From contig JBBPEB010000032.1 of the NCBI GenBank assembly GCA_039096225.1, forward strand, positions 682,001-746,000: a stretch of DNA of 64,000 bases, in the 5' to 3' direction. The stretch's first letter is position 1, and every line of letters starts with the position of its first letter. The notes under the pieces are model-generated. The model was given only the letters and a program-made list of their open reading frames with translations, was not told the DNA's origin and did no database searches. This DNA is from Blastocystis sp. Blastoise. Taxonomy: Eukaryota > Protista > Bigyra: Opalinata. Of this stretch, positions 15,435-30,900 are shown in pieces. Position numbers and translations under genes: made by a program.

Positions 15435-16037
15435 TAAACAATTTGTCTTTTATTTATATTCATTTATATATATGTGAGAATTTTCATTGTAGATAAATCA
15501 TTTACACTTTGTTTACATACATTCTGGACGAATCTAAACTAAGAGTGAATAAAAAACACTCATTATTGATAATGATATCACAGTTTAACCATAAAAATCT
15601 CAAATTGTTCTCATTTATAGATGCTCATATTATTTTATTTATTTTACAAATACATCAATGATTCTAAATACCCAATCTTTATAAATTAATTAAAACAGAA
15701 GTTTGAGTTGTTTTCTTCCTTAGGAATGTCATGTCGTCTCTACAGCCGTATTTCTTGGGTTTTCTATAAACATATCATTTTCAGTTATTCCATTGTTCAT
15801 AGAGAAACAGTTTTAAAAGACACAGGAAAATTAAGAATATCCGTGATTTTCTAACAAAAACAAAAAATAGGAAAAAGAACAAGTCACTAGTTTCATGATT
15901 ATTTGTTATTTATAAAAAAAATTATCATTTTGTCTTTTAATTAATAAAAACATTTCTATTTGTATTGTTTTCAATTTAATTATACAAGTATATGATATAG
16001 GAGTAATTTGTTTTATTGAGGATCTATAGATTTGAAA

Positions 16038-16965
16038 ATGAATCGTTTCATTCTTGCTATTTTTTGTTTAGCCGTTGTTGTATCTTCAGAAGTTATTCCA
16101 AACAATTTCTCTAACGTTAAAATCGAACGTAGAATTGATTTGAATGCTCATGTTGTATCCATAAAAGTGAAATACACTATTAATTCTCTTGATGGAAATT
16201 TATCCAAGTATTATGTATTGATTCCTAAAGATCAAATCGAACATATTGCCGAAATTCAAGCTTATGAAAAGAATACATATCACGTTATTACTAGAGCTGA
16301 AGAATTTGATACTTCAGCTTATGGTGCTTATCTTGTTCGTTTTACTGATGCTGTTACTGAAAATAAAGAATATAGTTTCTCTGTAATGTATTATCTTATT
16401 AATTATATATCTTTCCTTCCTGAAGCTGTTCCTCAAATTGAAAGTCAACTTGCTGTATATAATGATAATTTATATATCGGTTCTCCTTATGTATCTTCTA
16501 GTCAAGTATATATTTATTTATTTTTATTGTTTTCATTATATATATATGTATATTTATATGGCTTATGAATTTTTTGGTATTTTATAAATATATTGTTTTT
16601 TTATAAATATTGTTTTTATTTTATAAATATATTATTTTGTGTTTTATAAATATTGTTTTTATTTTATAAATATATTATTTGTGTTATATATACTATATTA
16701 TTTTGTGTTATATATATATAATATATATATAGACTACAGTTGTTGTATTACCTACAACTAAATATGAAAGTGATACTACTAAGAAATCACGTACTGTTAA
16801 AGGAAAAGAATTGAATTTTGGACCTTTTACTACTATATCTCCTTATGTTAATTATGAAGCTTTATATATTCATTATGCTAATAATAATCCTTTTATCACT
16901 TTTACAAAGTATATTATATTTATTTATTATTTATTATTATTTATTTATTTATTTATTTATTTATT

Positions 16966-17033
<68 letters not shown>

Positions 17034-17062
17034 TTATTATTATTATTTATTATTTATTATTA

Positions 17063-17094
<32 letters not shown>

Positions 17095-17694
17095 TTTATT
17101 ATGATGAATAATAATAATAAATATATATAAAATAATTATATACTCTATTTAGAGTAGTTCGTGAAATAGAAATATCTCATTGGGGTAATATTGCTTATGA
17201 AGAAAGTATATATGCTAAGAATACAGGTGCTGCTCTTGAAGGAGAATATTCTCGTTTAGATTATGATAATAGTTATTATAGACAAGAATTAACTAAAGAC
17301 CATTCTTGGAGTATATTTATTATTATTTATTTATTATTTATTTATTTATTTATATATTATTAATTAAGATATATATATTTTAAATATTATAATAATAATA
17401 ATATATTACTTATAATCTATAACTTGTATTTATAGCTGAATTAACTGCTTTCCTTCCTAAAAATAGCAAAGACTTTTATTATAGAGATATTATTGGTATA
17501 TATATATATATATATTAAATTCCTTAAAAATATTTATTAAACATAATTTATATATAACAAATATATATATTCTTCTTCTTCTTCTTCTAGGTAATATTAG
17601 TACTAGTCAAGTTATTTATGAAAAATCAAAAACAAAACTTGTTTTTGAAACTCGTTTTCCTATGATGGGACAATGGAAAACTGAATTCTATTGG

Positions 17695-17778
<84 letters not shown>

Positions 17779-18550
17779 TTATTATATATTATTATATATT
17801 ATTACATATTAATATAATATTTTAATTATTTCATCTTAATATATATAATTATAGTTTTATATATAATTATTTTTATATCATTATATATATAGTTATAATT
17901 TACCTATATCAGATCGTATTACTTATATAAATGATGAATATAAATTAACTACTCCTTTTTCTACTCCTATACAAGATGCTAATATTGATGAATTATATGT
18001 ACGTGTTATTCTTCCTGAATATGTATCAAATGTTAATTATAAATTACCTAAAGGAGTTACTTTAAAAGATACTTCTATTCGGTATTTATTTATTTTAAAT
18101 AATTTAGTTTTATTTTTTATAATATATTAATTAATAAAATAAATATTTATATATTAAATAATATTATATATAGTAATACTTATTTGGATACTAAGGGTCG
18201 TACTGTATATGAATTTGTTAAATATAATGTTCTTCCTGGAAATCCTGATGAATTCTCTGTATATATATATATAATATTTTATTATATTATATTTGATTTA
18301 TTAAATATATATATATATTTTAATTAAAAATAAAAATACTATATACATCCAAATATATATATACTATTATAATAACTCTCTTTATATCAAATAGATTTCT
18401 TATAAACTTCCTTCATACATTCTTTTCCGTGAACCTCTTATGTGTATATCTGCTTTCTTCTTTATATTTATTCTTGCTTCTGTTTGTAATAGACTCAATT
18501 TAAGCTTAGGTAATAAGAAGGCACAAGCTGAAAAAGTTAAGACTGATTAA
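16038..18550 (+). CDS. RPN1: Oligosaccharyltransferase subunit ribophorin I (Ost1)
   Basis: Signal peptide, NVKIERRIDL, SPY, FGPF, IHYANNNPF, REIEISHWGNIA, GAALEGEYSRLDY, YYRDIIGNISTS, RFPMMGQWKTEF, VILPE, TYLDTKGR, REPL plus a TM helix. Ends in the KxKxx ER-retrieval motif KVKTD*. One junction (17696/17892) is 1 nt out of phase. Confidence 0.95.
16918..17102. repeat. Intronic (TTTA)n/(TTA)n microsatellite in the ribophorin I gene
   Basis: Directly visible. Confidence 0.9.
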
Positions 18551-18776
18551 ATAATTATATTATTTATAATTCATATATATATATATTTTTTATTATTTTA
18601 ACTACTATTTTTCTAATAAAAACTTCTCATCCAATGATTTATATATATTCTAATACTATTTTTATTGTTTAGTATATTAGTTTATTTGCTTTGTTATTTA
18701 TAATTTTTTATGCTCATAGTATAGCTATTATTTTGAAATTATTAAGAGTTTTTTGACATAATTCCTAAACATTCTC

Positions 18777-18784
18777 AACAAACA
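18777..18784 (-). terminator. TGTTTGTT putative polyadenylation motif of the giant AAA gene
   Basis: Exact motif on the sense strand about 170 nt after the stop; matches the known Blastocystis 3'-end motif. Confidence 0.5.
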
Positions 18785-18952
18785 AAACAAAAATGAAAAA
18801 AGTCTTTTATAATAAAAAAAGTTAATTGATAAATATAAAAAATAAATTTGGAAAAATAAATAAATATAAAAAAAATATATAAATATAAAAATTAAATTTA
18901 AATAAAAAAAAAATATATATATATATAAATAACAATAAAATGAATATATTAA

Positions 18953-21900
18953 TTAAGAAATACCAAGAGCTGTAACAAAACTCTCTTTAACAACTTGAGT
19001 AAATACACTAACAAATGAAGATGCTGATGTTTGTGATTCTAAATGAACATGTTCTTGATCATAATATCCAACTAATTTATGATAGGTAGGCACCATAGCT
19101 TGACATCTTGCAGGTAAAAAGAATACATGAGCATCCATATTACGTAAATCAGTAACATGTCGATTCCAAACAGTATCCCAAGATTCATGTGTATATGGAT
19201 GGCAAGAACTATATGAGCAACTTTGATGACTATGAGCAGGTTGATCACCAATAATAATAAATGCAAATGCATATTCATCAGGAGGTAATGATTTTGTATT
19301 TTTTATTGAATCTTTTAATCCACCTTCTAAATCACAACAACAAGAACCACCGCCAGCACCTACTGTACCTAAATAACTCTCAATATGACGTGGATCTGTA
19401 GTTAAACCAGAAGGAAAACGAACAGCACTAGAGCCGGATGATATTTCAGGAATTTCTCTATACCCAACAAATTGAATATAAATTTTATTATTCATATTAT
19501 TATCCATCATATATTTTTCAACTTGTCGTATAGCATTTACAATAGATTGTTTTGTACCCGTAATTTCACCAGACATAGAACCAGTACAATCCATCATAAT
19601 AGATAAAACAAATGTTTGATTTCCTTTTAGTTTTCTTTCATCATAAGGAATATTAATAGTTTTTCTTTCATTAACAGGTATAATATCTAATGTTGTAGGT
19701 ATATCTTCAATACCACTAATTCCTTGGAAATAATATTTTTCTACATTTTCAAGCCAAGCCATAGAATTAGCGATCCAACGACTTGTACCAATAGTAGTAA
19801 ATTCTAAAAATAATTTAGAAGCAGCACTATCTATAATCATATGTCCTTCATTTCCTTTACTTTCACGTATCATAATAGCAGGATACCCTTCATTATCTCT
19901 AGCAAATACAAAATATCTATTACGAATTAATTCTTTTTCATCTAAAGCAGCTAATGTTTTACCTTCAAATATCTTAAAAATACCTGTATCTAAACGAATT
20001 GAAGTATCACCTTGATTCTTAATAATATCACCACCAACAGTAATAAATGTACCTGGATTTGTAGCTTGATTCTTCATACCACTTTTATCTCTTATCATTT
20101 CTTGACCACCTGCTACTTCTCCTTTTGGATCCGATAATTCATTAATATTTTCAAAATATTTATAATATATATCTGCTTCATAAGTATAAGGATAATTTTC
20201 AAGCATCCACATAACACCACCTCCAGAAAGATTAAATATATGAACAGCATTTAAAAATTCACTTAAATAATCAGGATCAGGATTCTTATCAGCATCATCA
20301 GGTTCAGTAGGTAATTTCTTATCACCAGGACTACAAGTAATAATAGATACTCTATATTTACCACTTAATAATTCTCTAGCAGCAGTAGCATAATCATAAA
20401 CAATATGACATTCAAATCCTTTTTGTTCTAATTTAATAATAGGAGACATACGATCACCAGAATAATCACCTTCACGTAATGATCTTTCAGTAATCTTTTC
20501 ATCAATAATCTCATTAGTTTTCTTATTTCTTTCATTTCGACATAAATATAATATAACAAATAATATATTATAACCTTTAAATTGTCCATCACGTACTAAA
20601 TCAAAATCATTATTAGCTTCTTGACCTTCATAATGTTCTATTTGATTATCAGAAGCTGCATATATATTATAACGACCTGCTAATTGTTCATATGTACCAT
20701 GAGCATTATTAATTGTTTCAATTAATTTCTTATTATTTACAATAATTGGTAAATTTTGTATTTTTTCTTTCATTTCTATAACTGGAGGAATACTAGCACC
20801 ACATACTATACTTAAACTAGCATTATTCATATTTAATAATGCATCTCTTAAAGCTTTAGGATTTGATGACCACATAAATGTAGGATATAAATCTTGATAA
20901 TCATATAATTTATATCCTAATCCAATACCTATACATGTAATATCAGGTTCAGATACATAAGGTAATATTGATTCTTTTTCTTTAGGTAATAATGTACCAT
21001 TTGTAAATATCATACAAATAGCAGATTCAGATCTTGCTTTCATTGTAGCATAAGCTACTTTTATAGTACTAGATAAACATGTATCTTGAGATGGTTTTGA
21101 TATTATACCTAAAATATTACTTAATATAGATTGAGTCCATATATCATTTGAAGAGATTCCTGTAGCTACTTGAATAATAGTATCTTTAGCTATCCATATA
21201 TCAATATGAGGTATAGACATTTCACTTAAACCACGTAATACTAATAATAAAGTATTATAACTATGAGCTTTATTAAAATCACAAAAAGATCTTTGAGTAC
21301 AATCGATTATTATAGAAACACAATAACTTCTTACTTTATTTCCTGTTTTTACTTTAAATATTTTACCATCACCTGTTCCTGTTAATACAAATCGGAAATA
21401 ATTACTATTATGTAAAGTAGTACCTGTAGTAGAAGGTACCCATGAAGTAGGTTTATTTGGTTGTAATATAGTACTATTAAATGCATTAAAGAATATATCA
21501 TTAGGTATTTTACCATTAAGGAAAGTAAATAATCGATCATTTTCACCATTAGGTTCATAATTTAAGAAACTATCTTGAATATCAGGTAATAATAATGATA
21601 TTTTTTGTTCATGTAAACTCTTACATATTGTATAATCTGTATCTTGATTTGAAGGATCTAATAAAGGAATACTATCTTCATTACTAGCAATTGAATAAGT
21701 AATATTATTAATATCACATTTCTTTTGGTCTCTTTCTTCTTTATAATAAAATAACTTTATAAGTTCTTCTATATCTAATATAGCTTCCAATGCTTCAATT
21801 GATTTAATTCTAAATACTAATTTACCAAAATTTTTATCAATATATTCATTTAATAGATCTTGATTTTCATCTATAAGTGATTCTTCATTATTTCCAATAA

Positions 21901-24900
21901 TTTGGAATAAAAAGAAATGAGGAAGTAATTTCTTTAATAATCGTTTAACACTTTCTTGAGAAGATATTAATTGTTCTGAAAAACAATCAGATATAAGAAT
22001 ATATGAACTTTTATCATCAATAGTAATATCCTCATATTCAAATATATCTAATGGTGTTGAAGGTACTTTTTTAACTCCTTCTAAATCAAATAATTTTGAT
22101 ATTTTTGATTGAATTGGCTCATTTTGTTCAGTTATAATAAATCCTTGACCTCTACTTCCAGTACATAATAATGTTGTTTGAATACCTAATTCTTCACATA
22201 CTAATAATAATAATATTGAAGTAATTGTTCTCATTCTTGATTTATTAGGTTTATGTGAAACATTTAAATCAAGAATTATAAACATATTCTGAATAAATTT
22301 ATTTCTTCTTAATTTATTACTTAATATAGAATTATATAAAACACTTAGAGTATGACGTAATATTGTATAAATAACAGGATATTCATCATGAAGAACATCT
22401 TTTATTATAGAAGTTCTTGGATCTAATAATTTTGTTTCTTTACCATGTTTTGGTTCCATAAATTTATCATCATCTTTTCGTTTAAATATCCAATTTACTA
22501 AATAATCATCTAATGACATATTTTCAAACATTTTAATAACTGTTTTAGATTCAACAGTCTTTAATTGATCTTGAGCATTTTGGGCTTCTTTCTTCTTCTT
22601 CTCTTCTAAAGCAGCTTTTTCAGCATCAGTAAGATTCTTCTCATCTGGTAATTCAGCAGGATTAATATTTTCATCTAATACTGACATATCAGGTACAAAC
22701 ATTGCAATATTTCCTTTTTTCTTTATATCTTTTGATATATCACCTTTTATTTGAGCATAACCTCCTTTCTTTCCAGTTTTCCTTCCAGTACCTGAAGATG
22801 TAACAATTTTTATTGTAGATTCAGGTTTATATTTCTTTTGTTCTTCAAGATATTCTTTTTCTTCATCTGTAACTGGTATTTCTTTTTGAATAACATCTTC
22901 ATTACCAAATTCTTTATTATTCCAACTTAAAGGATCAGAATCTCCTAATAAACTACTTAATGTAGTTATTTTCTCTCGAATAAATGGAATATACCTTTCT
23001 TTATTTGTTTGTAAATATATATATATACGTTGACATAATTCTTGATATTGATTCTTTGTACATAATAATATAGGTAAATAAGATAATGCATTTAAATATT
23101 TTTGTCCATCTTTACTTAATATATCATCTTTAAATGTTTTTATTTTATCACCAAATGAAGGTGGAACAACTAAAGTATTAGGCTGATAATTCGCTAAATT
23201 ATATGGAGTTATTCGACCATTATCAATAAGAAAATAAGTATATTTAGCATTACGTGCATAACTAAAATATATAGAATAATCTTGCAAGAAAGGTTGACCT
23301 CTATTACTATAACTCTTATTAAATCTATATGTCTGATTTTGATATGTTATTTCTAAACTAGTATATGAATTAGGGCATGTAATACTTCTATTATATCCTT
23401 CACAAGGTCTATTTGTTTTAATAATATCAGAATTAGAAGAAATAGCAAATTGTAGATGAAGTTCTAATGTAGATTTTGATGTTTTCATTTGAATAAAAGC
23501 TTCTCTTTCAGTAATAGTATCAAAAGAATCTGTAAATGAAATTAAAAGTTGATTTGATTTATTTGATATAACACAATTTGGGTCACTCTTTGAAGTAAAA
23601 TTAATATCTAATTTATAAGGATTAATAATAGGAATAATTATTGTTGGCTCTTGATGTGATTTCATATATTCTGGTAAATAAAATATATTATCTTTAGGTA
23701 ATATAATATCTTTAGGAGATTCACCTAATATAACAATACAATCTTTTAATTCATAACTAGTATTATTACTTCTTTTTATTAATTTACTTTCATTAGGTAA
23801 GAAAATACTATCTGATATTAATTGTGGTTCTTTTAAGTCTTTTATTCTATATTCTAAAGACGAAATATTACGAGTTTGATTGTCTAATTGATAAATTGTA
23901 TTTATTAATTTTTGTTTTACATCATTATAATCTTTTAAATCATCAATATTTGGCTCACACCATACTAAAGGATATAAGCCATATTGATTATATGCATTAC
24001 TCGTATTATCTTGTCTATAATTATCACCAGGTATTATTTTCTTTTTATTTATAGATTCAGGTGTCAAAGTTAAATCTTTATTTGATATATCAACTTCATT
24101 CTGATTTATAGGTAACTTCATTACATAACAATCTGATTGATTATCAGGTACTAATAATGATACTGTAGCAGAATTCTTCACCCATCCCTTTGAACATATA
24201 CCAAATAATAATGAATTATTATTAATACTATTTTTTAATTTTATGTCGTTTTCATCATATCGTGATGAATTATTTGTAATAAATTTATATAATTCACTTG
24301 GATCAGGATAAAATATAGTTTCTATGGATAATTTTTTAGTAACATTACACATTAACTGTAATAATACAAAAGCAACAGTTCCATTAAATCCTTGATAGTT
24401 TACGTAATTAGTTTGAAGATCTTTCAAAGAATATTGAGCATAATAAGGATAAAAATAATCATATATTTCTATATCGTTACTTGGAATAATTTCTAAATCT
24501 AATGGAGACCAAGGTAAAACAATAACAAAATAATCACTTCCTGTCTTATTAATAAAATGATAATAACAGGATCTATCTGTTTGCTGTTTATTTCTATCTA
24601 ATTCAATAGTATCCTTATTTAAAAACACAGAATGACCCTGATAATTACAAAAACGAAATTGAACTTTTAACTTAGAATAATTATTCACATTCTTAATATA
24701 AGCCAATTTGAAATACATTGATTTTGGCTTAGATGCAACAAAAATTTTATATTGAGAGAGTTGTCTATAAACTTCTTCAACATCATTATATCTTAGATTA
24801 CTTTGATATATAGATTTATCTTTTACAAATTCATTTAAAGCATTAAAATATAACATTGTTTTTACCCACTCAATTTTTTCCATATTTCTGTATTTATTTT

Positions 24901-27900
24901 GATAATCATCATTTTTATTTCCATTATTCTTAACATATTCATTAATTTTATTCATAATCATTTCATGTCGATATTTTAATTCATTTTGTAATGCTGTTCT
25001 CTCACTAGAATATTGTTTTTGTAAAGCTTTTGAATCTGTTAATTGATGTTCTAAATCTCTTTTTTCATTGTCATATGCATTTTGTTCAATAGAATCTAAT
25101 TTACTAATAATTGTATTAATATCTTTAATTTGATTTTGATATTGCATAATATATTGTTTTCTTTCATTATTTCTAAACATATCTTCAAATAAACTATATA
25201 TAAGTTCATAAGTATCTTCACGTTTATAAGGACATATTAGTTTAATTCTTTCACTCATAGAAAGGCTTGTTCTTATAATAAATAAATCAACATCTTTAAT
25301 ATATGAATTCACTTGAAGATCATATTCATATTGTAACCAACATTGATGATATATTTCACCAGGTTCAGGTTTTTGAGTATTACCATATATCTTTAAAAAT
25401 CCACAACATTGTTCCATTTCTTTACTATTTAAAAATTCATTATTATCAATTTTATTTTTTAATTCATAAATAACAGGTTTAAATGTAAGTGAAGTTCTTC
25501 TATCAGATATATTACCAAATTGAAGTTCATATGCAACATTAAATTGTGGTTTTTCCTTTTGAATACGGTTGTTACTATCTTTTAAAAGCCAATTTAATTT
25601 ACCTAATTCAATTAATGCAGCATTAACTTCTTTTTTTTCTTCTTCTTCATCATCATCTTCATTTATTGAATGTATATAAAAATCATAAGATTTTATAATA
25701 GATAATGTCTTTATATCAAGTATAAAAGATTGTGCTAAAAAACCCATAAAACAATTTATATATATTTTTAAAGCATCATAATGATTAGGTAATTCTTTTG
25801 CATTTTTAAATATTTCTATACTTTGAAGATTTAATTCTTCAAACATAGAATAAAATTGAAAGAATGCAGAAGAGATATTCATATTTTTTGATAATAACTC
25901 TTCACAGAAAACAATAAAATGACTACATTTACAATATAAACGTGAATGTTTATTATCTATAGAATTATAGGATATATTTTTATCAAAATTACAAACTTGA
26001 TTAAAAGCCATTGAAAACTCATTAATATTAACAATATCTTTAATAGCATCTAATTCTTTTGCAATAGCAGGATCAAAAGCAGATAATGTATTGACCCATC
26101 TTTCTATAGCATATGCTCTTTGTCTAGCTTTATCATTTTTAGCTCTTGCTGCATAAATAATATCATCTAAAGCTTTCACTTTATTACGAATTTCATCCAT
26201 ATATGTTTTAAGTTCTGAAGGATATTTCTTTTGTTTTATTATTTTATCATATGCTTTATCCATACTTTGTTGGCATTCTCCAAGACGTTTTCTTAAAGCA
26301 TTTAATGTTTGTATATTTTGTTCATTTTGTCTATCAATCTTTTTACCAATTGAATATTGTTCACAAATAATATGACAATTTTTAATATAACTTATTAATT
26401 CTTGAATATTAATAGTTTTACTATCATCTAAATTATTAAGATCATCCCAAATTACTTTAAATATTTGTTTATAAGGTTGTATATTAGAATTACAATAAAG
26501 ATCAGATTCTTTATTTGCTAAATAATGGAATAAAAATATATGAGCTATTTCATCTTCACCAACATCAAAATAATCACTTAATACAGGTATCTGACTGTGT
26601 AATAAAGGATGTAATAAATGAGAATTATCTTGTTGATCTTCTTCATGTTGAGAATAATTATCATAATTGTTATTACCATAATTATTATTACCATAATTAT
26701 TATTACCATAATTATTATTACCATAATTATTATTACCATAATTATTATTACTATAATTATTATTACCATACTTATTATTACCATAATTATTATTACCATA
26801 ATTATTATTTGATTTAAACAAATTTTTCTTTTCTTTTAAAAATAATTCATATTCATTTAATTGTTTCCATCGTTTCCAATTTATATAGAATGTTGAATCA
26901 GGATTATCAATAGGTTTATTTTCATTTTCATAATTTGTAATTGTTTGTTCAATTAAATATAAAGGATAAATAATTAAAGAAGAACGTAATTTATGTATAC
27001 AACTTTCTATTTTAGGAACATCAAGTTTAATATCAAATGAATCTATTGATATACCTAAAACTTTTAATATTTTATCTTTAACTCTTTTAATATCTGGATT
27101 CATTTTAGATATTTCAATAATAAATAATGTATAATCATCATCAACAATACCTACTTTCTTAGGATCAAATACAATAGCATTATTTGATGGTTTATGTCCA
27201 TATTCTTCTTTAAAATCATTTTCATTATCAGTCTTAATTATTCTTAATGCTTGTCTAAAATTTTTACCTTCTTCAACTCCAAAATATTTTGGATCTATTT
27301 TACTACTTATATTTGGATCTTGTTTCTTTTGATTAATATAAGCTAATTCTTGAACAGTTTTTTGATTTGATAATAAATCTGTTGCAATAATAATACAACG
27401 AGATAATAAAGGTGGAGGAATAACAGTTATATTATTCGTAGATAATGTAAAAAATAATCGAAATTCTGGATGTATTAATTTTTTACCACAATCTGATCTT
27501 AATACTTTTTTATGAGTAATAGGATCTAATATATAATCTTCTTCATTAGCTGTACCTACATAAGTACATTCTACATCTGATTCTAATAATTTAAAAGTAG
27601 GTTTTTCTTCACATAAACTATTAAATCTTTCTAATAATTCACCACTAGCTAAATGAATATCTTCAATTAATATCCAATACCCATTTTCCATAGCATCCGG
27701 TAAAGGTCCATTTCTAAATCTTAATATAGGTTTACCATTATCTTCTAATAATTCTAATTCACCTAATAAAGTAGAAGAAGAAGATTCAGAATGTAATGGA
27801 ATACGAATTAATTTCTTTTTCATTAATTCTGCATATCTTTGTATAGTATACGATTTACCTGAAGGTGAAGGACCATATAAAATAATAGTACGTTTACTCT

Positions 27901-30900
27901 CATAAGATAATGCTAATTTATAACATAATATTTTTTCAATAGTAACCATATAATCATTCTTTTCAGGTTTAGATGTAGGTAAATGAACTGTCCATGGACC
28001 TTTAAATGTAATAGAACTATTTTCTATTTTAATATTAATATCATTAACATTATTAATTTTTAATGCTTTATTAATTTTTTCATAACCATCACCAAAGAAT
28101 TTACAACCAAAAACAATCCATAATGAAGCATATATATCTAAATGACCTCTTTTACTTAATTCAGACACTTTAATAGTATCTCTTAAAGAAAAAGGTATAC
28201 GATATTGGGTTGATAATTCTAAAGAAGTAATAAATAATGTTGATAATCGTTCTGCAAATTCAGGGTTTACGATTGTATTTCTATTTTGTTTTTGAATAGG
28301 ATCATTTTCTAATAAAGGATCATTAGCAATACCTTCTATAATTGATTGACTAATCTTTAATAATTCATATATAGAATAACTTATATCTTTAAAGAATAAA
28401 CAAGATTTTACCATAGATGAAGGTAATGTATTTCTTTGAGAAGACATAATAGCAGGATTTAATGTACATATAATTGTCATAGGAGGTAATAATATTTTAC
28501 CAAAACCAGGTATGAAGAAATCAGTTTTTTCTTTTTTATAACTTGTTTTAATTAATGATGTCATAACTTCTAATACATCCACAGGAGCTAAATTAATTTC
28601 ATCTAATATTAATACATGTTCTTCATTAGGATTATTTTGTAAAAATGTTGTTAATTTACCAGGTTGAAATACTAAATTTTTATTTTCTATTTTATAACCA
28701 CCAAATAAATCTTGTATACTCATATTGGGTGCAAAATTAAATCTTTCTGGTTTTATATTATATAATTCATATAAAGCAATAGCACATGCAGATTTACCAA
28801 TACCAGGTGCACCTTCTAAAATAATAGGTATTTTATGAACCCAACCAATAACTAAGGAAATAGCCATTAAAATAATAGTTTTTACAGGATAAAATTTATT
28901 TTGATTTGCATCTTCATTAAATAATGCCCAAACTTTATCAATAATATCTTTATTAAATATTTCTAATAATTGATTTTTATCAACATGACTATCGTCATTA
29001 GGTGTTAATAAATCAATAAGTGATTTCGATACTTGATCTTTAAAAGATAATCGTGATAAACTACGACGTCCATAACTATCAGAAATACAATAATTTACAA
29101 AATATAAAGCATTTGGAAAAGAAGTAAATGCATTTTCTATTTTTTCTAATAATTTTAAGAAAGAAAATGATATATTTTCTTTTTGTAAGCCAGCAGATAA
29201 TGATATATAGCGTTGTGTTATTTTTAAACATTCATCTAATTTTGATAATATAGAATATGATTGACGTATATCAGCATCTGAAATATCAGCACAAAATATA
29301 GTGAAAAATTCAGTATTATTAGCAATCATATTATATACATTATTTTCAATAGTACCTACAATAGGAAAACTATGTTGAGATATATTTATATTATTTTCAT
29401 AATCAAAAGGATAATTTGATAATTCATTAGCAAATAATCCATTACTATCTTCAAAGAATCCTTCATATCTAGAATGATTTAATAATGGTAATAATCGTTG
29501 ATATGTATCTTTACTTAATAAATCAATATTATCTAAAATAACTAATTTATTTTTTATTATATTACTTGTAATAACACCAGGTTGAAATAATAAACTAGAA
29601 ACTGAATTATTCATAGCTAAAGGTATTAATTTTGCATACCAATTAGAAAAAATATTATATTTTTGTTCATCAACTATTCTATATTCTTGTAACATATTAT
29701 TTAATGATTTAATATCAATTAATATAGTTTGACCAATTAAATGATAAGTTTCTAAACTATGAGACATTTCAATATGTTCATAATCGGGATATATATAAGG
29801 GAAAAGTTTATCTTTTTCTTCACCATTTCCAACTAAAATATAAGCATAATAATTATGTAATAAACATATTTTAAATAAAGCTTCTAAAAACCATGAAGAA
29901 TTATTATCAATTGGTTTATATAATTGAACATTAATAGAAAGAAATGCTTTTGTTAATATATATTCAAATACTTTGTGTTCATTATTATTATTATTATTAT
30001 TATTATTCTTTGCTAATTTATATGTAACTTGATTATCAACAAAACCTGAGTATTCTGAATATTCATCATGATTATTCTCACAAAGACTACTGTAATCTTT
30101 AGAATATAAAAATATTATATGTAGTATATTTAACTTTTGTGATTTATTTTTATTTAATAATAATATTTCTTTACATTTAATTAAATAATTTAAAGATAAA
30201 TGTGTTGTTTCTTCATCTAATAAATTATTAATAATAGGCTCATTAATAATTTGCTTAATTTCATCTATAGTATATTGAGGAATAATATGTCTAGAAGCAT
30301 AAGAAGGTATAATAAAAGGTAAACGATCATGAGAAGTAGTAAATACAAATATTATTCTAAAATTTGGATGTATATGTATATCTTTATGTGAATATCTAAA
30401 TGTATGAACAAGTGGATCCATAAATTGTAAAAATTCTTCAAATAAATCTTTTGTAATATTTTGTGCTTTATCAATAATTAAAATACGACCCTCTTTAATA
30501 CATTGTAATAATATACCATCATGAAATTCACCATCTATAGAATAAAATCCCATTAATTGACCAGATTCAGAATCATTTGATAAATGTAAAATAGATATGT
30601 TATTAATTTTACGTCTATGAATAATTTCTTGAAGTAAATAACTTTTACCACTATTTATAGGACCTTCTAAACATAATGTACGATTTATACATAAAGATAT
30701 AAAAAATTTATTAATTTCCATATTATGAACAAGAATATTTTTAAATATATCTAAACTAGAAGCAAAATTCTTTTTTAAATAATAATCAATATAACTAGGT
30801 ATTAAATCTTCAGGAGTAAAAGGAATTAAGAAATCTATTATTTTTTGTATATTTAATTTTTCAAAATAATTATAATTATCATATTCTTTCTTTAATACTT

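Noticed and set aside
17690-17895. Apparent 1-nt frameshift at a ribophorin I splice junction (tgg g|GT ... AG|t tat needs one more G)
   Set aside because: It falls in a G homopolymer beside a (TA)n tract in an otherwise intact essential gene, so an assembly error is far more likely than a pseudogene or recoding.
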